Source: Gemmatimonadota bacterium (GTDB taxonomy: Bacteria; Gemmatimonadota; Gemmatimonadetes; Palauibacterales; Palauibacteraceae). Taken from it: DNA of 45,959 nt. Positions 38,094-45,959 of this stretch are shown piece by piece. Every line of letters begins with the position of its first letter. Position 1 is the first letter of the stretch. The stretch spans positions 1-45,959 of the forward strand of contig JBDHAC010000045.1 of NCBI GenBank assembly GCA_039588275.1. The letters are read 5' to 3'. The position numbers were made by a program, and so were the translations under genes. Under the pieces are notes generated by a model. It was not told the DNA's origin. It saw only the letters and a program-made list of their open reading frames with translations, and searched no databases.

Positions 38094-38144
38094 GATAGAT
38101 ACGCCGAGTCCAGACCAATCCATACCCCCAACAGGTAGGACTTC

Positions 38145-41100
38145 ATGAGGAACAGACTTGGTCTGCTCATCACGCTGTTCATGCTGCTGGCTACAGCGGG
38201 GCTTACCGCTCAGCAGCGCACGATCCGGGGCACCGTAACGGATGAAGTCACGGCCGCCCCCGTAGCGTTTCCGCAGGTTGCCGTGAGAGGTACGAACATC
38301 GGCACGGTCGGGGACGAAAACGGTAATTTCGCCCTGCAGAACGCTCCATCCGGCGCGATCACCCTGGTGGTCACTCGGATCGGGTACCGGAGCGTCGAGG
38401 TCCCCGTCGCGGCGGGAGCAACCACGGCGACCGTCCTGATGACCGTCGATTATCTCCAGGTCGAGGAGCTGGTCGTGACGGGCCGGGCGACGGAGGCGCG
38501 GCGAATCAACCTCCCGAACGCGGTCGAGTCGATCACCGGAGAGGAGCTCCAGGAAGTCCCACAGCAAACGATCGACAAGGCGCTCCAGGGGCGCGTGACC
38601 GGCGCGGTCGTCGCGAGCAACAGCGGCGCGCCCGGCGGCGGTCTGCAGCTGAACATCCGGGGCTCGTCCTCGATTAACGCCGCGGCCGAGCCGCTGTACG
38701 TCATCGATGGCGTGGTCGTCTCCAACATCGCGATCCCGTCGAACGCGAACGAGGTCACGAACGCGGCCGGGGGCTCCAACCCCTCGCTCGAGCAGGACGT
38801 GCTCCAGAACCGGATCGCGGATATCAACCCCGACGACATCGAATCGATCGAGGTGCTGAAGGGCGCCTCCGCCGCGGCGATCTACGGCGTGAAGGCGAGC
38901 AACGGCGTCGTGATCATCACGACCAAGCGTGGCGAAGTGGGTCCGCCCCGCCTGCGCGGCAGCTTCATGGGCGGCTACTTCGATCTGTCCAACAAGATCG
39001 GCTCACGCGTCTTCGGAGATGTCGAAGAGGCGGTCGAATCGCTGGGCGAGACGGCGCGCGACTTCTTCCAGCCGGGCGTCGTGTACGATCACGAGGAGGC
39101 ACTCGCCGGCCGGAACGCGTTCTCTTGGGACGCCTCGGCGAGCGTGAGTGGCGGCGCCTCCGACGGGCTGCAGTACTTCGGCTCGGCCACGTGGAAGAAC
39201 GATGAGGGGATCATCCAGAACACGGGCTTCGAGCGCGAGTCCGGCCGGGTGAACCTTCGAACCCGCCTTGGCGACGCGGACATCAACATCAACACGAGCG
39301 TGATCCGCACGGTCGCCGGGCGTGGGCTGACGAACAACGACAACAGTCAAACCAGCTACTTCATGACGCTGTGCTGCACACCGAACATCATCGACCTCAG
39401 CCAGCAGTCGGACGGGACGTATCCCCTCAACGTGTTCGTGGGGAACGGGGGCAACCCCATTCAGACCGCCGCTCTGATGGAGAACGATGAAGAGGTGTGG
39501 CGCCTGATGACCTCGGCCAACGTGGACATCGGGCTCATCGAGAACGACCAACACCGCTTCAATCTGGTCACCACGGCCGGGGTGGACTTCTTCAGTCAGG
39601 AGAACCGGCTCTTCTCGCCGCCCGCACTCCACTTCGAGAGCTTCGACGGGAAGCCGGGGACGGCGCTCCTGAGCAACAGCGACAACCTGAACTTCAACGT
39701 GAACGTGAACGGTATCTGGCGGTACACGCCGGGCGCCGGGGGAACCACGTTCACGACCTCAGCGGGGTTCAACTACGACCGCACCGAGCTGGAGATCTCG
39801 CGGCTGATCGGACGGGATCTGACAGGTGGTAAGAACAAGGTCGATGCGGCGGTCGAAGTGCAGATTCGCGAAAACCAGGCGCAGGTCGAGGACTTCGGGT
39901 TCTTCCTCCAGGAAGAGATCCTTACGATGGACAACCGCCTGCTGGTCACCGGGATGGTCCGCTTCGACCAGTCGAGCGCGAACGGAGATCCGTCCGAGCT
40001 GTTCATCTTCCCGAAGGGGGCCATTTCGTACCGGTTCCCCGATCTCGGCGGCATCTTCGATGAAGTGAAGCTGCGCGCCGCGGTGGGGCAGACGGCCAAC
40101 CAGCCGCTGTGCGATCCGCGCGACGGATGCCAGAAGTTCACGAGTCTCGTGCTCGACCGGAACATCGAGGGCATCGGCGGCTTCGCGCTCGAAGGCACGG
40201 TCGGGGGTGGGACGGACCTACAGCCCGAGCGGATGACCGAGTTCGAGGGCGGCGTGGACATCACCGCGTTCGACGGCCGCGCGACGCTCGAGCTGACCGG
40301 ATACGTGCAGAACGTGGACGACCTGATCATCGAGGCGACGACGGCCCCGTCCACCGGGTTCGTGGACGTGATCTTCAACGGCGGCGAGCTCCGCAACTGG
40401 GGCTTCGAGACCGCGCTGGGCGTGACCCCGATCGCTAGTCAGAAGTTCACCTGGGTCTCGCGCACGAGCTTCTTCCTGAACCGGAGCGAGGTCACGCGGC
40501 TCGACGTGCCGGCTTTCGAGGCGGATGCCGGGTTCGCGCTCTTCCTCGGCGGGTTCTTCATCGAGGAGGGCAGCGCGCTCACGCAGATCGTGGGGACCGA
40601 CCCGGACTGCACCGGCGCGGGAACCCCGCACGAGGGTTGCCGCAGCCTCGCGGGGCACGCGAAGATCGGGAACTCCGATCCGGACTTCAACATGGGGTTC
40701 ACGAACAGCTTCAATCTGGGGGGTAACCTCGAGCTGTTCACCCTGTTCGAGTGGCGGTACGGGCAGGAAGTGATCAACCTGACCGAGCTGCTGTACGACG
40801 ACGGGCTCAACAGCCCCGACTTCGGCAGCGTTGGTGACTTCTTCGATCTACTGGACACAGGGACTTTCGACGGGTCCGAATGCCACCCCGACTGTAACGG
40901 CGGAGAGCGCCTCGCGGCATTCGCCCTCGGTTGGAGCCAGACCTACACGCAGCCGGCGTCCTTCCTGAAGGCACGCGAGATCTCGCTCAGCTACACGCTC
41001 CCGGAGAGCTTCACGTCGAGCCTGTTCGGCGGGTTGTTCAGCCGTGCGCGGATCCGCGCGAGCGCCCGGAACCTGTTCACGATCACCAATTATCGGGGCC

Positions 41101-41210
41101 TCGATCCCGAAGTGAGCAACTTCGGGAACCAGCAGGTCGGTCGTGCGATCGACGTCGCCCCGTTCCCGCCGAGCCGCAGCCTATGGCTCGGGATCGATTT
41201 CGATCTGTAG
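38145..41210 (+). CDS. SusC/RagA family TonB-linked outer-membrane protein
   Basis: N-terminal extension (IRGTVTD..RIGY), LQGRVTG, SGAPGGG..IRG, PLYVIDGV, DINPDDIESIEVLKGASAAAIYG..ASNGVVIITTKRG, NLFTITNYRGLDPEV. Confidence 0.95.
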   Translation: MRNRLGLLITLFMLLATAGLTAQQRTIRGTVTDEVTAAPVAFPQVAVRGTNIGTVGDENGNFALQNAPSGAITLVVTRIGYRSVEVPVAAGATTATVLMTVDYLQVEELVVTGRATEARRINLPNAVESITGEELQEVPQQTIDKALQGRVTGAVVASNSGAPGGGLQLNIRGSSSINAAAEPLYVIDGVVVSNIAIPSNANEVTNAAGGSNPSLEQDVLQNRIADINPDDIESIEVLKGASAAAIYGVKASNGVVIITTKRGEVGPPRLRGSFMGGYFDLSNKIGSRVFGDVEEAVESLGETARDFFQPGVVYDHEEALAGRNAFSWDASASVSGGASDGLQYFGSATWKNDEGIIQNTGFERESGRVNLRTRLGDADININTSVIRTVAGRGLTNNDNSQTSYFMTLCCTPNIIDLSQQSDGTYPLNVFVGNGGNPIQTAALMENDEEVWRLMTSANVDIGLIENDQHRFNLVTTAGVDFFSQENRLFSPPALHFESFDGKPGTALLSNSDNLNFNVNVNGIWRYTPGAGGTTFTTSAGFNYDRTELEISRLIGRDLTGGKNKVDAAVEVQIRENQAQVEDFGFFLQEEILTMDNRLLVTGMVRFDQSSANGDPSELFIFPKGAISYRFPDLGGIFDEVKLRAAVGQTANQPLCDPRDGCQKFTSLVLDRNIEGIGGFALEGTVGGGTDLQPERMTEFEGGVDITAFDGRATLELTGYVQNVDDLIIEATTAPSTGFVDVIFNGGELRNWGFETALGVTPIASQKFTWVSRTSFFLNRSEVTRLDVPAFEADAGFALFLGGFFIEEGSALTQIVGTDPDCTGAGTPHEGCRSLAGHAKIGNSDPDFNMGFTNSFNLGGNLELFTLFEWRYGQEVINLTELLYDDGLNSPDFGSVGDFFDLLDTGTFDGSECHPDCNGGERLAAFALGWSQTYTQPASFLKAREISLSYTLPESFTSSLFGGLFSRARIRASARNLFTITNYRGLDPEVSNFGNQQVGRAIDVAPFPPSRSLWLGIDFDL

Positions 41211-41260
41211 CCGAGATGGCGAAGCGAATGAATCAGGAACCTCACTCTGGGAAGAGAGAG

Positions 41261-42646
41261 ATGATGAATAAGCCAAGAAGAAACCTGATCGCGCTCGCCG
41301 TCCTGGGGCTCCTCGTGGGCTTCAGTGGCTGCGAGTCGCTGACGTCGCCGAACTCCAACTTCGGCGATCTGGATGGATTGACGAGCAACCCCGATCGCGT
41401 GAGCCTGGCCACGGCCGCGCAGGGGTTGATCATCGGGTATCGGGCCTATTTCTGGGACGCGAACGATCTGGTTGGCATGCTGGGAATCCTGGGCCGCGAG
41501 TCCTACAACCACGATGTGGCCGACCCGCGCCACGAGAGCGAGCTGCTGGGAGGCTCTCTACAGCCCTCGAGCCCCGCGTTCGGCGGGAACTTCTGGGCCG
41601 AACCGTACCTGGATATCAAGCTGGGCCAGATCCTGCTCGACGGCGCGGACCAGGTCGATGACGCGGAAGTCTCGGCGGGTGAGAAGGAGGGCCTGCGCGG
41701 CTTCGCGAAGACGATGCAGGCGCTCGAGTTTCTCACCCTGGTGAACACGCGCGATGACAACTGTGGGTGCGCGATCACGTTCCCGGACGATCCGAGGGAG
41801 CCCGCTGCCGAGGCCAGCAAGAGCCAGGTGTTCGATCACATCGTGACACTGCTCGATGAGGCCAAGGGACACCTGCAGGGGGCGTCGGGCTTCCCGTTCC
41901 GCTTCTCGAGCGGGTTCAGCGGGTTCGACACGCCCGCGACCTTCCTCCAGTTCAACCGGGCGGTGCGGGCCCGGGTGGCCGTGTACAGGTCGGACTGGGC
42001 CGGCGCGCTCCAGGCGCTGTCGGAGTCGTTCGTCGACGCGAACGGCGACCTGGGTCTGGGCGCCTACCACACGTTCAGCACCGGTTCGGGTGACCGGACC
42101 AACGGGTTGTTCCAACCCGGAGGCAATCCCAACCTGAGGGCCCACCCCTCGATCGCGATCGATGCTGAGATGCAGGCCGATGGGGTCACGCCGGATGACC
42201 GGCTCGTCCGCAAGACGCGCACGATCACCTCGCGCGCGTTCTCGGGTCTGTGCTCGCCGCAGTCGCAGTTCCCCAACTGCACGGTGGGCTTCGACATCTA
42301 CAACTCGACCACCGCTCCGATCCCGATCATCCGGAACGAGGAGCTGATCCTCCTCCGCGCCGAAGCCAACATCGGACTGAACAACCTCGGGGCCGCGGAG
42401 ACGGACATCAACGTGATCCGCACGCGCTCGGGCAGCCTGCCGGCGGTGACGCTGACGAGCGCCGCGCAGGCGCTAGATCAGCTCTTGTACGAGAAGCGTT
42501 ACTCGTTGCTCTACGAGGGCGGACACCGGTGGCTCGACCTGCGTCGGTACGGTCGGCTGGATGAGCTCCCCCTCGACCTGCCGAGCCACCAGATCAATGC
42601 CAGGTACCCGATCCCGGTGGACGAGACGGCGGCACGTCAACCCTAG
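41261..42646 (+). CDS. RagB/SusD family lipoprotein
   Basis: Lipobox-like FSGC after a hydrophobic stretch, PIIRNEELILLRAEA, DINVIRTRSG, EKRYSLLYEGGHRWLDLRRYG, PIP..E. Confidence 0.93.
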   Translation: MMNKPRRNLIALAVLGLLVGFSGCESLTSPNSNFGDLDGLTSNPDRVSLATAAQGLIIGYRAYFWDANDLVGMLGILGRESYNHDVADPRHESELLGGSLQPSSPAFGGNFWAEPYLDIKLGQILLDGADQVDDAEVSAGEKEGLRGFAKTMQALEFLTLVNTRDDNCGCAITFPDDPREPAAEASKSQVFDHIVTLLDEAKGHLQGASGFPFRFSSGFSGFDTPATFLQFNRAVRARVAVYRSDWAGALQALSESFVDANGDLGLGAYHTFSTGSGDRTNGLFQPGGNPNLRAHPSIAIDAEMQADGVTPDDRLVRKTRTITSRAFSGLCSPQSQFPNCTVGFDIYNSTTAPIPIIRNEELILLRAEANIGLNNLGAAETDINVIRTRSGSLPAVTLTSAAQALDQLLYEKRYSLLYEGGHRWLDLRRYGRLDELPLDLPSHQINARYPIPVDETAARQP

Positions 42647-42676
42647 CCGCAATCCACCGACGGTTCACCGCAGCAC

Positions 42677-42708
42677 GAAAGAGCCGGGGCACTCGCCCCG
42701 GCTCTTTC
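42677..42708. terminator. Intrinsic terminator after susD
   Basis: Perfect 14-bp inverted repeat GAAAGAGCCGGGGC-ACTC-GCCCCGGCTCTTTC about 30 nt after the stop. Confidence 0.85.
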
Positions 42709-42834
42709 ACATCTCGGTGGTGCCGGGCGTGGGCACGCCGGCGGAGAGGAACCGGAGCGTCATGTTGCCGACCGATCGGCTGTTCAGCACCCTTGAACGG
42801 CGGCAGAATCGTGAATCCATCAGACGGTATCAGA

Positions 42835-43281
42835 ATGGGACGCCGCTTCGAGCTTACCACGCCGGTCGACGGCACCGCGGATCAAGCCTGGGCCGTGCTC
42901 ACGGATTTCGACGCATACCCCCGTTGGAATGGCCTCGTCCTATTTGCAGATGGCACCATCGAACCGGGGGCTCGGGTTCTCCTTCGGGTCCGCGGCCCAG
43001 GTCGTCGCCAGCGGTCGGTACGTTCGACCATCGTGGGGATCGATCCGCGGCGCGAGTTGGTGTTCGAAGCCTCCGTGGGCCACCGGTCACTAGTGCATAT
43101 GGTCCACTCCTTCACCGTGGAATCTCCGGCCGGTGGCGTTGTCCTGCGGCAGCGCTGGGTAGCCACCGGGATACTGGTTCCTGTTCTCTGGCCGTTTCTG
43201 CGTCTCGCGATGGCCCGCTTCCGCGAGTTCGGTGTGGATCTCAGCACGCGCGTTTCCGAATTGACAGCCGCCGCCATCTGA
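42835..43281 (+). CDS. SRPBCC (polyketide cyclase/START-like) domain protein
   Basis: AWAVLTDFDAYPRWN, GTIEPGARV, HSFTVE; start uncertain (42793-42835). Confidence 0.75.
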   Translation: MGRRFELTTPVDGTADQAWAVLTDFDAYPRWNGLVLFADGTIEPGARVLLRVRGPGRRQRSVRSTIVGIDPRRELVFEASVGHRSLVHMVHSFTVESPAGGVVLRQRWVATGILVPVLWPFLRLAMARFREFGVDLSTRVSELTAAAI

Positions 43282-43468
43282 GAGCGGCTGGGGAAGCACG
43301 CCCGGGAGCTCGCGCTCTGCCCTGGGGCGCGCTCACGCGGGCGAGGGCCCACCGCAGGTCCCGCCCCCACGGAGCCGACACACGAGCAAGAAAGAACGGG
43401 CCGGCCAAATGGCCGACCCGCTCGGATGTTATGCACTCGCGCTCGCCCCTCGGGCGAGCCGATCACGG

Positions 43469-45862
43469 CTACGGCACGAGCTCCGGTCTCCGGTGCTTCA
43501 GGAAGAACACGCCTTCCTTGCCGCTCGTGACGACGATCGTACCGCTCTCGAAGAACGGGTAGTTGCTCCACGAGCCGTCGAACGTGATCTCCTCGCTCCA
43601 CGGCACCGTGTCGAAGAAGCCGACCTCCTCGGGGTCCTCCGGGTCGCTGATGTCCAGGATCCGGAGACCGCTCACGTAGTTCGACTGGTACATCAGATCG
43701 CCCTTGATGTACAGGTTGTGGTCGATCGTGAAGGTCGAACCGAAGTGCTCCTTGACCATCACGGGGTCATCGAGATCCTCGATGTCCCAGACCAGCGTGC
43801 GCGTACCGGGCATCGGCTGGCCGGCCTGGACGGAGTTCGACTCGTCCCCCTCATCGTTCATGAAGAAGTAGCGATGGTCCTCGGTGATCCACCCCTGGTG
43901 GGCGTAGCCCACGTTAGGGTAGTCGGCGGAAGAGATCGCGACCGGGTTGTCCTTGTCGGTCACGTCGGCGATCGAGAGCGCGTTCTCGTTCGAGCCGAAG
44001 CAGACCTCCTTGCCCGCGTGCTCGGTGTCCGGACCGTCGTACTCGATGCACATCGCGTCATGCGAGTATCCGGTTCCGCCGTTCCCCGTGTTCGTGTCCG
44101 CGAAGCATCCGCGAAACGTCGGCTGGGTGGGCTCCTGGATGTCGATCATGTGCAAGCCGCCGCCACAGGTCTCGCCGCCGCTGTTGACACCGACGCCGTA
44201 CGCGAACCCGCTCGCTTCGTTGATGACGATGTTGTGTGCCGAGGCGATGCCGTCGTAGTGGGCATCCTCTTCGAAGGTCACGGGGGTGTCCGCGACGTCT
44301 CGCAGCCTCGTCAGATCGAACACCTGCATGCCGTGCTGCCCGGCCCCGTCGGCCACGATGAACGCGTGGTCCTCGTACACCTTGATGTCACGCCAGGCGT
44401 TGCCACGGGAGCCGGGCGTCTTGGGGAGGTTGCCGAGGTAGACCGGGTTGTTCGCGTCCGTGACGTCGATAAACGCGGTGCCGTCCGTTCGACCGACCAG
44501 CGCGTATTCGCGACCGGTCTGCGGATCCGTCCAGCCCCAGACGTCGTTGGTCTTCGCTCCACGGCCTCCCCCGATGCCCGCGACCGGGAGGAAGGACAGG
44601 ATGTCGACCTGGCTACAGTCGAACTGGTCGGCCTGTCCATCCTCGCAGCGCACGTCGTCGCCAGTGATCGCCGGGAGTGCGACCGCATCGGGGCCGAACA
44701 CCTTCTGCGCGGCGCTCCAGGTGTCGCCGTCACGCTGAACGATGACCGCCGAGCCAAGTCCGAAGTCATCCCCGGTTGCGCCGATGACGGCGAAGTTCTG
44801 ACCCGCGGCGATCATGTTGCCGAAGCCGTCTCCGACGTCGCCGCCCTCCAGCCCGCTCAGCTTCGACACGTCTCCGAAGCGACCCGTCTCTCCATCGTAC
44901 GCGATTCGGTATACGCTGCCGGACACGTCCGCGCCCGGAGCCCCGACCCACAGCTCGCCCTCGCGCGCGGCGAGGCTTGTCCCGAATCGTGCACCAGGCG
45001 TTTGATCGTGGGCCCTCAACGTGATGCCCTCGATCCACTCACCGGCTGCACGGTCCCGGCCATAGGTTCGGACCTCGCCGGCCGCGGGTCCTCGCCCCGG
45101 TGCGCCGACGAGCGCCTGGCCATCGAGCCATGCCACCGAGTATCCCACGATGTCCCCCGCCTCGGCCTCTTCTTCACTCAGGACGAGCTTGGCCTCCTGG
45201 ACCCAATCTCCCGGCCCGTTGCGGCGGAAGATGTACGCCGCGCCACGCTGCTGGAGCTGCTGGCTGGCCTGGATGGCGCCGGTGAGCAGCCGCTCCCCGT
45301 CGAACGCCAGCGACCAGCCGAAGAACTCCTGTGTCGGCGCGTCGACCGGCTCCAGCTTGGCTTCCTGCGCCCATGCGCCGCTCGCATCGCGCGCGAAGAC
45401 CCACACCGCGCCCCGGCTCTCGTTGTGAGCGAGCGCGGAAACGAACAGCAGGTCGCCGTGCAGGAGACCGAAGCGGCCGAACGAGTCACCCTCTGCGACA
45501 TCCTCGGGGCGCAGATTCTGAACGAACTCCCAACCGTCTCCGCTGCGCCGATAGACCCATGCGTTGCCGGTGCTCTGCTCGTAGGTCGTTCCGCCGACGA
45601 TCATCGACCGGTCGTCGAGGACGATGAAACGTCCGAAGTAGTTGCTCTCCTCTCCGGCGTCTGGAGCGCTGAGCGTCCCGGTCTCCGTCCAACCGTCCCC
45701 CGCGCGACGGTAGATGTGAATGGTGGTCGGCGCCTCCTGATTCACGGGCTCGCCGATGTAGATCTCGCTCTCCCCGATCGCCGCCGAAGCTCCAAACTGC
45801 TGGGCCTGCAGCGGCGTTGCCGCGAGCGCGCCCGCGGCGAGCAGGTATACGGCTCTCCTCAT
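43469..45862 (-). CDS. Secreted choice-of-anchor B family protein with N-terminal FG-GAP repeats
   Basis: Signal peptide; repeats such as FGWSLAFDGERLLTGA and FGTSLA..LWVGAPG; NDVWGWTDPQTGREYALVG, WRDIKVY, SAHNIVIN, CGGGLHM, YSHDAMC, YAHQGW, DHNLY, GSWSNYPFFESG. GAGG RBS before ATG 45862. Confidence 0.88.
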   Translation of the reverse strand: MRRAVYLLAAGALAATPLQAQQFGASAAIGESEIYIGEPVNQEAPTTIHIYRRAGDGWTETGTLSAPDAGEESNYFGRFIVLDDRSMIVGGTTYEQSTGNAWVYRRSGDGWEFVQNLRPEDVAEGDSFGRFGLLHGDLLFVSALAHNESRGAVWVFARDASGAWAQEAKLEPVDAPTQEFFGWSLAFDGERLLTGAIQASQQLQQRGAAYIFRRNGPGDWVQEAKLVLSEEEAEAGDIVGYSVAWLDGQALVGAPGRGPAAGEVRTYGRDRAAGEWIEGITLRAHDQTPGARFGTSLAAREGELWVGAPGADVSGSVYRIAYDGETGRFGDVSKLSGLEGGDVGDGFGNMIAAGQNFAVIGATGDDFGLGSAVIVQRDGDTWSAAQKVFGPDAVALPAITGDDVRCEDGQADQFDCSQVDILSFLPVAGIGGGRGAKTNDVWGWTDPQTGREYALVGRTDGTAFIDVTDANNPVYLGNLPKTPGSRGNAWRDIKVYEDHAFIVADGAGQHGMQVFDLTRLRDVADTPVTFEEDAHYDGIASAHNIVINEASGFAYGVGVNSGGETCGGGLHMIDIQEPTQPTFRGCFADTNTGNGGTGYSHDAMCIEYDGPDTEHAGKEVCFGSNENALSIADVTDKDNPVAISSADYPNVGYAHQGWITEDHRYFFMNDEGDESNSVQAGQPMPGTRTLVWDIEDLDDPVMVKEHFGSTFTIDHNLYIKGDLMYQSNYVSGLRILDISDPEDPEEVGFFDTVPWSEEITFDGSWSNYPFFESGTIVVTSGKEGVFFLKHRRPELVP

Positions 45863-45959
45863 ACTGCACCTCGTTGCATGGGTCCTTGCCACGTCCGGAG
45901 CCTTGGCTCCATTTCGTTATTAGAGTTCGGAAGAGGGCCGGGGGTTGTTTCGCCTTTCA

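Overview
GC-rich bacterial chromosomal window (roughly two-thirds G+C by eye). Gene content suggests Gemmatimonadota (SusC/SusD pair in a high-GC genome, choice-of-anchor-B protein, aroQ-peptidase-efp-accB-accC order), but this is an inference. Left to right: a partial PpiD/SurA-like chaperone gene (-); a ~21 kb tightly packed + strand run (TPR protein, aroQ, Xaa-Pro peptidase, efp, accB, accC, ComB-like phosphatase, ftsK, lolA, rimO, lnt, a TonB-dependent receptor, then menF, a frame-split menD, menB, menA, menE); a mostly - strand block (M14 deacylase, pterin carbinolamine dehydratase, GAF-GAF-GGDEF cyclase, 1-Cys peroxiredoxin, DUF2207-like, lemA); DUF3891-like, HDAC-family, PhzF-family, beta-barrel and glucose/sorbosone dehydrogenase genes; a cysQ-cysC-sat operon divergent from susC-susD; an SRPBCC gene and a choice-of-anchor-B protein. 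I see no rRNA, tRNA, CRISPR array, transposase or integrase. The best leads are: menD split in two frames at its interdomain linker in a men cluster lacking menC/menH and preceded by a TonB receptor; a LolA with a lipobox and a long disordered tether; a structured, terminator-containing leader before a Cys-rich orphan susC/susD; an 18-bp tandem array copying a gene's 3' end; and an AT-rich palindromic island upstream of the diguanylate cyclase. All family calls come from motif recognition, not database searches.
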